From Escherichia coli (GTDB taxonomy: Bacteria > Pseudomonadota > Gammaproteobacteria > Enterobacterales > Enterobacteriaceae): DNA of 64,000 bases. This document shows, piece by piece, positions 9,418 through 17,015 of this stretch. Every line of letters begins with the position of its first letter. Position 1 is the first letter of the stretch. The translations under genes and the position numbers were made by a program. The stretch lies in the NCBI RefSeq assembly GCF_044324875.1, contig NZ_CP172185.1; one strand, written 5' to 3'. The notes beneath the pieces were generated by a model. The model had not been told where the DNA came from, searched no databases, and worked only from the letters and a program-made list of their open reading frames with translations.

Positions 9418-9596
9418 GTGCGTACTGTATTGCCACGTCTTTTTCGCACACGAATTATGGCGGGGCGTACGGGGCCGACTTCGGTCGGGCCGGGTTCTTT
9501 GCTAGCCGGTACTGCGAACCTCGTACGTCTCGCCACCCACAGTTTCGCAGCTCTGGATGGTGAGTTTTTAAAACTTACTAGCAAAGAGGCCACACC

Positions 9597-9815
9597 ATGG
9601 CAAACCGCAAACAGCGCCGCGCTACTGCGGAGCATCACCACGTCCGCGCCCAAATCGACAAACGCCTTTTCCGCGCATCACGCGTTGCACGCATCATGCA
9701 CATCAACATGCTGCATGAACGCAGAGGGGCACTACCGAACACCTATATCGCCTCCGTTTTCAGCTATCTGGCGGACGATCTCGCCGAGCTGCAACGCCTC
9801 ATTAACCAGCACTGA
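9597..9815 (+). CDS. Hypothetical protein (72 aa)
   Basis: ORF preceded by an AAGAGG Shine-Dalgarno at 9584..9589. Confidence 0.45.
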   Translation: MANRKQRRATAEHHHVRAQIDKRLFRASRVARIMHINMLHERRGALPNTYIASVFSYLADDLAELQRLINQH

Positions 9816-9887
9816 TAAACATCCCGAAGCCATCCTGCGCCCGTTCGCGGGAGGCTTCCACACATCTGTAGTCGGGAGGATTGCGCC

Positions 9888-10256
9888 ATGATTCTGGCTG
9901 ACGATTTTCTGGAGTACCTGAACAACACCGAGCGCGACCTGTACGCGCGCGTTCTCACCCGTTACGAGAAATACAAACTTTCACTGCCAGAGCATCAACT
10001 CCGCGAAGGCGATATCGACATTGAAGGGCGCTACATCGTCAGGCGCCGCATAGCGGGCTACGGCATCTGGCGTGTCACCGGACGTGAGCATTCATTGCTG
10101 ACCATCTGCCAGAGTCCGTCCGGCGTGATAACGGAGATCGTCGCCGATAGTCTGCGACTCACCCATCACAGCGCCACCCCGGAAGAAACGCTGGCAGAAA
10201 CCCAGCGTCTGTGTCGCGTCATTGCCAACGCCGCCCTCCGCGCAGACAGGAGGTAA
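9888..10256 (+). CDS. Hypothetical protein (122 aa) immediately upstream of gene A
   Basis: ORF in early operon orientation, ends 4 nt before the A start. Confidence 0.5.
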   Translation: MILADDFLEYLNNTERDLYARVLTRYEKYKLSLPEHQLREGDIDIEGRYIVRRRIAGYGIWRVTGREHSLLTICQSPSGVITEIVADSLRLTHHSATPEETLAETQRLCRVIANAALRADRR

Positions 10257-10259
10257 GCG

Positions 10260-12749
10260 ATGGAGTTCGTCAGAGACTGGCAAAAACCGCGCCCCGCTAT
10301 CGGGCGCGAAGGCTTACCCGTACCTGAAACCGCACTGGATACCATCCTGAAGTGTTACCGCGCAGACGAAGAGCGCGCACTGCACGCTGAAGAGCAGGGT
10401 CATCCGCTTGCGGGCACAACCATCGGTAACGCGATCGACAAGTGGGAAGGCGCACAGGAGCGCCAGGAAGAGGCCATCACGCTCACACAGGAAGCGAGAA
10501 GACACCCGCCCACCCTTATTGAGGAAACCCTCAAAGAGCTGGACACCCTGCCCAAGTGGTTGAGGCTGCCGCTGATTAAGCACCTGAACTTTTTAAGGCG
10601 CAAACAGGAGGACGAACAGCAGAAAGGCAAGCGCGGCAAGGACACCCGCAAATATGAGCGCTTCCTGAAAAACGGCATCCCCGCACGTCTTCGCCGTATT
10701 CGTGAGATTAACGCTCGCTTTGCACCGTTAAGTTTTCAGGCCGCTGCCATGCGCGAGAGTCTGGAAGAACTGATCACACTGCCGAACCTGAGCCGTGAAC
10801 GCATCCAGAAAATAGCCGTACTGCTTGCCAGCGCCGTTAAAATGCATCTTGCCGACGCAATGGACAAGGCCCGCGAAATAACAGGGAACGACAAAGACGA
10901 CAACCTGAACAACTGGCTGATTGCCTACCAGTATATTGGTCGCCGTGTCCTGAAGCTGGGGATCACCCCACCATACTGGAGCGCCCTTGAACTCCGCCCC
11001 GACCGCAGAAGCCCCCCGGACGTGACACTGGTTCCGGGCGCTGTTTTGCGCCTGAACGACGCCGAATGGTGGAATAAAAAACTTCGCCAGATGCACGACG
11101 TCTGGCGTGAGGAACTTTTACGTGCAGCGGGCCTTGTATCCCGCCAGACCTCCGTTTATGTGAGCCGTGAAGCGCTGGCAGACTTCCGCGAAAAACAGGC
11201 CCGTACCCGCGATTTTCTCAAAGCGCACGACGTGGAGAACGAAGACGGCGAACGCATCAGTCTGGAAGATATCTACTACGCCAGTACATCCAACCCGCAT
11301 AACCGCCGCAACGAGATGATGGCGTGCGTTAAGGGAATGGAGCTTATCGCACAGGAACGCGGCGACGTGGCCTTCTTCGTCACGGTCACAGCCCCGTCTC
11401 GTTTTCACAGCGTCACCGACGCAGGCACGCTGAACCCGAAATACAAAGGCGCAACCGTAAAGGACGCCAGCGACTATCTGGTTTATAACTTCTTCGCCTC
11501 CGCCCGCAAACTCATCAAAAAAGAGAAGCGGGGCTGGTACGGCATTCGCACCGTGGAGCCTCACCACGACGGCACGCCCCACTGGCACATGCTGGTATTC
11601 ACAAGCCCTGAGAACGAAGAGCGCATCACGGAAATCATGTGCAATGCCGCCATTCGCGAAGACCGGGCAGAGCTGGGCGACGACATCACCCCGCGCTTCA
11701 AGTGCGAGAAGATAGATCCCGAAAAAGGCACGCCAACCAGCTACATCGCCACCTACATAGGCAAAGGCATTGACGCCGCTGCATTCGGCGACACGGATCC
11801 AAAAACAGGTAAACCGCCCGTTGACCACGAAAGCGGAAAACCTATGGCGGACACCGTGGAAAACGCCGTCGCCTGGGCGCGCCTGCATCGCATTCGCCAG
11901 TTCCAGTTCTTTGGCCTCCCTTCCCGTCAGGTGTGGCGTGAGTTCCGCCGCCTTGCCGGACAAATGGCACGCAACCCGAAGGGGCCGCAGGCACTGACCA
12001 ACCCCAAAGCCGACGCCCTCCTTGTTGCAGCCGATACGGGGTGTTTTGCCAGCTACATCATGCATCAGGGCGGTGTGCTCATTCCCCGTAGTGAATATCT
12101 GGCCCGCACAGCCTACGTCACCGCAGAAGAGCCGAACAATTACAGCGAATTCCCCGAGCGCATTTACGGTATCCGCATGCCGGAACTGGGGGAGGACTTC
12201 ACGTTATGCACCCACCCGGAAGAGTGGAAAATCGTCAGAAAGGAACCGGAACCAGACAACCGCACGGGCGAGGGTTTTGACCTTCAGGGCGGCCCCGCCG
12301 CCCCTTGGACTCGTGGCAATAACTGTCACCCTGACGAAAAAACAACCAACAACAGCACACAAACCGGACAGTCAGAGTGGGCAAAACTGCCCCCCTTACC
12401 CCCATCGTCGGACGGTTTTGTGAGCTGGTTTAAGTCGCTTAAGAGGCCGGACAGGAAAAAACTACAAAGATTGCTCAAAAAACGCACCGAAGAGAGTCGC
12501 CAGAACGCCAGCGGCGGCACCGACACACCCACCGACACCATTAACCTGGGCGTTGTGCTGCCGGAACTGCCGGAAATCGTGCAAGTCCGCCGCGATCTGG
12601 AAGCGCTGGGCGCGGACTTCCCCGAAGCAATGGCCCATTCCGTCTTTATGGGTGCCCGCGTTCGTCTGGGTAACGGTCGCACCGTTCACCGCGACGAGCA
12701 GACCGGGCGCATCACCGTCACCAGTCTGCAACCGGAGGCGAAACCATGA
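10260..12749 (+). CDS. A: Replication initiation protein, P2 gene A family (rolling-circle endonuclease)
   Basis: 829 aa; contains an HUH-type metal-binding motif (HDGTPHWHMLVF) and a downstream tyrosine motif (SYIATYIGKG), as in rolling-circle initiators; position as for P2 A. Confidence 0.85.
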   Translation: MEFVRDWQKPRPAIGREGLPVPETALDTILKCYRADEERALHAEEQGHPLAGTTIGNAIDKWEGAQERQEEAITLTQEARRHPPTLIEETLKELDTLPKWLRLPLIKHLNFLRRKQEDEQQKGKRGKDTRKYERFLKNGIPARLRRIREINARFAPLSFQAAAMRESLEELITLPNLSRERIQKIAVLLASAVKMHLADAMDKAREITGNDKDDNLNNWLIAYQYIGRRVLKLGITPPYWSALELRPDRRSPPDVTLVPGAVLRLNDAEWWNKKLRQMHDVWREELLRAAGLVSRQTSVYVSREALADFREKQARTRDFLKAHDVENEDGERISLEDIYYASTSNPHNRRNEMMACVKGMELIAQERGDVAFFVTVTAPSRFHSVTDAGTLNPKYKGATVKDASDYLVYNFFASARKLIKKEKRGWYGIRTVEPHHDGTPHWHMLVFTSPENEERITEIMCNAAIREDRAELGDDITPRFKCEKIDPEKGTPTSYIATYIGKGIDAAAFGDTDPKTGKPPVDHESGKPMADTVENAVAWARLHRIRQFQFFGLPSRQVWREFRRLAGQMARNPKGPQALTNPKADALLVAADTGCFASYIMHQGGVLIPRSEYLARTAYVTAEEPNNYSEFPERIYGIRMPELGEDFTLCTHPEEWKIVRKEPEPDNRTGEGFDLQGGPAAPWTRGNNCHPDEKTTNNSTQTGQSEWAKLPPLPPSSDGFVSWFKSLKRPDRKKLQRLLKKRTEESRQNASGGTDTPTDTINLGVVLPELPEIVQVRRDLEALGADFPEAMAHSVFMGARVRLGNGRTVHRDEQTGRITVTSLQPEAKP

Positions 12750-13156
12750 ACCGTTATCATTGTGTACTGCCGCGCCACTACTTCGGTCAGATTATGCGCT
12801 CGCGTATTCCGGCGGTCACGCTGCGAAACCTGAGCACGGTACCGCAGCCGGGCGATGAGCTGGAAATCGCCGTAGCAGGCCCTGACCGTTCAGCCAGCTG
12901 CGTGACCGCCGACGTGCTGAACGCCGTGCCCGTAGGTGGTGACTGGCTGGTTGCCATCCGCTTCCGCCAAGACCCGTTCGCACCTGAACCGCTCACCCCC
13001 GCAGGCCGCATCATGCAGAACTGGCGGGATGAAGGCGCGAAGGCGAACTGCGAAAAACTGATTAACAGGATTGCCACGACAAACCGACATGCCGCGCTGG
13101 CGCGCCGGATATACCCCGCAAAACCGACACAACCAACAGGAGTAAAACGCCCATGA
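12746..13156 (+). CDS. Hypothetical protein (136 aa), start overlaps the gene A stop
   Basis: ATGA overlap with A; unknown function. Confidence 0.5.
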   Translation: MNRYHCVLPRHYFGQIMRSRIPAVTLRNLSTVPQPGDELEIAVAGPDRSASCVTADVLNAVPVGGDWLVAIRFRQDPFAPEPLTPAGRIMQNWRDEGAKANCEKLINRIATTNRHAALARRIYPAKPTQPTGVKRP

Positions 13157-13292
13157 AAAGAATCGCCGGAACCCACAGAGACACAAAAAGACACCAAAAG
13201 CAGCAAAGACACATTGAATAAACGAAAACTGGTGATATGATTTGTTCAAAGATGTTATGATTTATTCATAAGTAACCTTTCAGGCTTAAGTT

Positions 13293-13667
13293 ATGAATAA
13301 ACAGGATTTTGGACTTGATACCCTTTTGAGTATGCATGGTTACCAGCATCACATGGATAACGGGTACTGGTGGAAAATTGAGGCTTACCGGGTAAGTCCA
13401 AGTCCGTTCAGACCTCACGGGATACGCTACAATCTGACGTTACATGACCGCTACAATTCGCGTGTGTTTGGTATGGACAACGCACATGGAATAAAACCGC
13501 CAAAGAAGGGAAGATTTACAGGAAAGTTAACTGTTTATGATCATGTGCACCGTACCCCGGTGGATAAAGGTTATCCCTATGAGTTTGTATCCGCAGAACA
13601 ATTGTTATCTGATTTCTTTGATAACGTTGATCGGCTCATTAACGAAGTTACAAAGGGGAAAGCATGA
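13293..13667 (+). CDS. Hypothetical small protein (124 aa), first gene of an overlapping two-gene module in the A-to-Q cargo region
   Basis: ORF with own upstream promoter-like region (direct repeats atgatttgtt / atgatttatt); stop overlaps the next start (ATGA). H/Y/W-rich; no motif I can assign with confidence. Confidence 0.6.
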   Translation: MNKQDFGLDTLLSMHGYQHHMDNGYWWKIEAYRVSPSPFRPHGIRYNLTLHDRYNSRVFGMDNAHGIKPPKKGRFTGKLTVYDHVHRTPVDKGYPYEFVSAEQLLSDFFDNVDRLINEVTKGKA

Positions 13668-14050
13668 AAGCCCGCATCGGGATCATCCCGGAAAAAGTCC
13701 TGCGTCAGCGCCTGATTGAAATTGCCAAGGGGGAGCGGAAACCACACCCCGACGAGCCAAGGGTATGGTTTTCATCCATCAATGCGGCGGGTCAGGCGCT
13801 GAGCAATGAAAATATCTCCCTTCTTCGTCTTATGGATGAGGAGAAACCGCAGACCATGACCGAACTTGCGGAGTTATCCGGCAGAAAACTGAGTAACCTG
13901 TCTGTAACCCTGAAAATGCTGAGCAGCTACGGTTTTGTCAGTCTGGAAAAGAAAGGAAATACCGTACACCCGAAGGCACTTTTTACCGATTTTGAAATCA
14001 TCGTTGATCCGTCCGTCGGTTCAGTACATCGCGCCACCGCCCGCCCCTGA
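13664..14050 (+). CDS. Putative winged-helix DNA-binding protein (128 aa), second gene of the two-gene module
   Basis: Central MarR/winged-helix-like segment (MTELAELSGRKLSNLSVTLKMLSSYGFVSLEKKG); translationally coupled to 13293..13667. Confidence 0.6.
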   Translation: MKARIGIIPEKVLRQRLIEIAKGERKPHPDEPRVWFSSINAAGQALSNENISLLRLMDEEKPQTMTELAELSGRKLSNLSVTLKMLSSYGFVSLEKKGNTVHPKALFTDFEIIVDPSVGSVHRATARP

Positions 14051-14063
14051 AGTGTGCAATAAA

Positions 14064-14090
14064 CAGCCCCGGTCGGGGCTGTTTTTTATT
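14064..14090. terminator. Bidirectional intrinsic terminator between the converging 13664..14050 and 14086..14460 genes
   Basis: cagcccc-ggtc-ggggctg hairpin followed by ttttttatt. Confidence 0.6.
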
Positions 14091-14460
14091 CCAGAATCAG
14101 CTGTTCAGGTGTGCAGCCGTACAGTCTGGCAAGGCGCTCAATATTTGCCCTGCGCGGGCGTTCTGTTCTTTCGAATTCGGACACGGTAGCCTGCCTGATA
14201 CCCAGCGCATCCGCCACCTGCTTTTGCGTCATTCCGCGATAGATTCGCCACGCCGCCTGCATGGTGCAGCCACGTTCCGAGAGGATGTTGACCACCTCGT
14301 TGGGATACAGCGTATCAGGCGATGCACTCGGTTCGTTCTGGACGTCCTCGTAGAGTTCGTCAAGGTCGCTGTCTCCTGCCAGTTTTTCAAACAACGCCAC
14401 TGGCAGAATGACGGATACCCTGTTACCCGCACCGTCAGTAATAAACTGAATCTGACTCAT
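14086..14460 (-). CDS. XRE-family helix-turn-helix protein (124 aa), candidate antitoxin
   Basis: C-terminal HTH_XRE-like segment (MTQKQVADALGIRQATVSEFERTERPRRANIERLARLYG); downstream of and co-oriented with a RelE/ParE-like ORF. Confidence 0.6.
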   Translation of the reverse strand: MSQIQFITDGAGNRVSVILPVALFEKLAGDSDLDELYEDVQNEPSASPDTLYPNEVVNILSERGCTMQAAWRIYRGMTQKQVADALGIRQATVSEFERTERPRRANIERLARLYGCTPEQLILE

Positions 14461-14533
14461 TTGCCCCTCCTGCTAAACATCGGTTTATTTTTTAATTTGC
14501 TGCCGGTGATAAAAAACGGCGGGTCGCCCCGCC

Positions 14534-14806
14534 TTAGTATGTTGTCGAGGTTCTCCGCTGAATACGGAGGATCCTGATAACCACTATCTGCCCTCCCTCA
14601 ATCGTGAACCTGACACGGTAATGATTTACCCTGAGTCTGTACTCCCCGCCCGAGTCAGTGAGCTTTTTAATATCCAGATTCTGGAACTTCGGATAGCCAT
14701 AAAGCGCGTTAACTTTCTCGCGTAAGGATTTCTGATCCCTCGCTGGCAAAACCCGTAAATCTTTGATTGCCCGAGGGGTCCACATGATTTCAGTCGTCAT
14801 AAACAC
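14534..14806 (-). CDS. RelE/ParE-superfamily toxin-like protein (about 88-90 aa; start GTG 14806 or ATG 14800)
   Basis: N-terminal ...WTPRAIKDLRVL... and C-terminal YRLRVNHYRVRF...IVVIRI segments resemble RelE/ParE/HigB-type toxins. Confidence 0.6.
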   Translation of the reverse strand: MFMTTEIMWTPRAIKDLRVLPARDQKSLREKVNALYGYPKFQNLDIKKLTDSGGEYRLRVNHYRVRFTIEGGQIVVIRILRIQRRTSTTY

Positions 14807-14851
14807 ACCGGAAGCAAATTATTAAAGAGCCGTGCCCGCTGGCACACCTTA

Positions 14852-14880
14852 AATATAGGTTTTAACCCCTATATTGTCAA
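14852..14880 (-). promoter_or_regulatory. Sigma70-like promoter (TTGACA-N17-TATATT on minus strand) with an embedded 7-bp inverted repeat operator, upstream of the RelE-like gene
   Basis: Minus-strand ttgaca / 17-bp spacer / tatatt; spacer contains atatagg...cctatat palindrome (plus 14853..14874). Confidence 0.55.
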
Positions 14881-15057
14881 ACAAAATCCCTATATCATGA
14901 AGTAAAAAAGCACCTCCCGCGACCTCCCTTTCCGGTGCACGAAAGTGCACAAATTTGCACAATTTTTTTGAACGACTTTTTGCCCTTCCGGCCCGTGTGG
15001 CGTCTGGATCCGTCGGGGATCCGTGCGTGCACGAAAAAAGGCCTTTTTCTGCGCGCA

Positions 15058-15076
15058 GGTGACGGGGGAACAGCCC
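15058..15076 (+). other. Candidate cos (cohesive end) 19-mer ggtgacgggggaacagccc
   Basis: GC-rich 19-mer in the non-coding region between early/cargo genes and the portal gene; matches 13 of 19 positions of the P2 cos sequence as I recall it (GGCGAGGCGGGGAAAGCAC). Tentative. Confidence 0.3.
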
Positions 15077-15389
15077 GCGTTTCAGGGGGTAAATAGCATT
15101 CCCTGAACGATGTTGCAGTGACACAACAGAATGGCTGTATTTCTCACGCTGAGCGTGAAAAAGACGTAAGGGCTTTTGATTTGATGGGGTGAAAGATAAG
15201 GCCGTCAAAATCGCACTGAGGCAGCGAGAATATGTCGTCAGAGTTGCGGGGTTGCGTAAGCATCCGCCCGGCGATGATGGCTACAGGGCTGGAGATGTTG
15301 TGAAATTATCTGAAGGAATAACCAGCTTGCAGGAGAACCCGGGCAAAGTCAGAATAGCGGCAGGCATCAACTCAAAAGAGGATAATGTC

Positions 15390-15893
15390 ATGAGCCACTT
15401 TAATGATTTATGCCAGATCAATCGTGAAGCTGAAGAAAAACGCGCTGAGGCAGCTCAAATTTTGCGGGATGAAGCGGCAAGGCTGATTGATTTCTATGAA
15501 GAATGGCTGGGGCTTCCATCCATGTACTGGGAAGACGATGATGGCGACCTGCACCGCTACGTGGAGACAGGCTTGCCATGTAAGACAGCGGCGGATTTTA
15601 GTCCTCTTTCAGTCCACAATATCGCATCTGCACCAGACAATATTTTCCGCATGGCCGTACGAACCTGGGTAAAGTCATCTGACAGCAGCTACCCGGTAAG
15701 CGTGGTTATTGCACTTGAATTATATTCAGTAGATGCGGAACGGGTGTCTCTGAGAGTCCGGGTGGAAGACGATATTTCTGTTCGCGTATTTATCAATAAA
15801 CCCAGCGAAGAAGCCTGGGGCGATGTTGTTATGCACATGAAAAAGCACATCGCTAATCACCTGAAAAAGCGAGCGCCATCAGCACTTCGTTAA
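15390..15893 (+). CDS. Hypothetical protein (167 aa from ATG 15390 with AAGAGG ribosome binding site), orphan gene next to the portal gene
   Basis: ORF 15189..15893 with best start at 15390; acidic, no recognisable motif; preceded by about 580 bp without credible coding potential. Confidence 0.55.
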   Translation: MSHFNDLCQINREAEEKRAEAAQILRDEAARLIDFYEEWLGLPSMYWEDDDGDLHRYVETGLPCKTAADFSPLSVHNIASAPDNIFRMAVRTWVKSSDSSYPVSVVIALELYSVDAERVSLRVRVEDDISVRVFINKPSEEAWGDVVMHMKKHIANHLKKRAPSALR

Positions 15894-15908
15894 GCAGAGC
15901 TGGAGAGT

Positions 15909-15933
15909 CGGGGCATAAATTTTTTATGCCCCG
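15909..15933. terminator. Bidirectional hairpin (11-bp stem cggggcataaa / tttatgccccg) between the orphan gene and Q
   Basis: Perfect 11-bp stem, 3-nt loop, A/T tracts on both sides. Confidence 0.6.
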
Positions 15934-15959
15934 GCGAAGCAGCAGACAAGCGAAGCGCG

Positions 15960-17015
15960 TCAGGATATGGGCCGGGTGTCTAACAGTGCGTAAGGGTTAA
16001 AACGGATCACCTCTTCGCCCAGCCAGTCGTTGACGTGTTTCATTGCTTCCATGACGGGCATCAGTTCGTTAATGGCAAACACACGGGCTGCCTTCTCCAC
16101 ATCCCCGAATGACCCCTTCTCACCCGGCATGGCCCCCATCAGCTGAGGTGGCACGCGGTGCACAGCCAGCACGTCATCACGCGATGCGGCCTTGACGTTC
16201 ATGAACTCATCCTTTGCGGTGATTTGCTGAAACGGCAAAATCTGTACGCCATCCTTACCACCTCCCGCCGCGTGGATGAGCAGATTTTTAAACGCCCCGC
16301 CACCACGCGCGCTTTGCAGCGTTTCCCGCAGTTTTTCCATGCTTTCACGGTCAACCTGCGCCGCACCGATGTAGACAATACAGCCCGCGTGTGAGCCGTT
16401 ATCGTAGTAGAGCTTGCGGAAGATATCGGCGGAATGTGACAGGCTGGCAGACAGCAGGCCGCCCAGGTAATCCGGCATCCCGTAAATCTCCTGGTTGATA
16501 TCAGGATTCATCAGGTGGCATATCGTCCCCTCACGAAAGCGGTACTCTTCCTGTCCTTCCTGTATATACCACCATGATTTCATATCGCTGCCACGTCGCA
16601 TGTATTTCGCCAGCGCCCGGCGCAGGGCCAGCGGTTCGCCAAGCATGTTGCGCCGCAGCTCAAGACAGGCATTACCGAACACAAACCAGTCCATCGCCAC
16701 CCCGGCGAACTCCTGGCGGGACAGCAGAGGATGTGGAATATAGCAGCCCAGCAGCACATTACGTTTGAAGCTGAGCGCCGACTGGTGCCAGGACGTCTGG
16801 CGGGCAGCCCGTGCCAGTCCGTACCAGTCAACGGGCGTTTCAAACCACCGCCCGTTGTCGGCGCAGTACATGCTGTCCAGCAGGTCGGCCCCTGACAGCC
16901 GGTAAGGTCCTTCAAACGTGAAGGCACTCAGTGTCGGGTCGCTTCGCAGGGAATCCGCAAGGCTGCCCTGCGCTGCGCGGGCGTTCGTACGTCGTTGTTT
17001 ATTTTTTCTGCTCAT
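15960..17015 (-). CDS. Q: Portal protein, P2 gpQ family
   Basis: 351 aa (P2 Q is about 344 aa as recalled); divergent from the O-N-M-L capsid operon and adjacent to P as in P2. Confidence 0.85.
   Translation of the reverse strand: MSRKNKQRRTNARAAQGSLADSLRSDPTLSAFTFEGPYRLSGADLLDSMYCADNGRWFETPVDWYGLARAARQTSWHQSALSFKRNVLLGCYIPHPLLSRQEFAGVAMDWFVFGNACLELRRNMLGEPLALRRALAKYMRRGSDMKSWWYIQEGQEEYRFREGTICHLMNPDINQEIYGMPDYLGGLLSASLSHSADIFRKLYYDNGSHAGCIVYIGAAQVDRESMEKLRETLQSARGGGAFKNLLIHAAGGGKDGVQILPFQQITAKDEFMNVKAASRDDVLAVHRVPPQLMGAMPGEKGSFGDVEKAARVFAINELMPVMEAMKHVNDWLGEEVIRFNPYALLDTRPIS

Noticed and set aside
9286-9891. 201-aa plus-strand ORF spanning the structured non-coding segment
   Set aside because: Implausible composition, no ribosome binding site, crosses a terminator and overlaps the better-supported 9597..9815 ORF; treated as non-coding.
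11118-12065. 315-aa minus-strand ORF
   Set aside because: Antisense within replication gene A; GC-rich frame artefact.
14849-15208. 119-aa minus-strand ORF in the region upstream of the orphan gene
   Set aside because: Runs through palindromic non-coding DNA and the RelE-like gene promoter; no ribosome binding site.
14881-15389. Retron-like non-coding RNA (msr/msd) hypothesis for the palindrome-rich region
   Set aside because: No reverse-transcriptase-sized ORF adjacent (neighbour is 167 aa), and no clear a1/a2 terminal inverted repeat pair; cos/packaging or promoter DNA is more likely.
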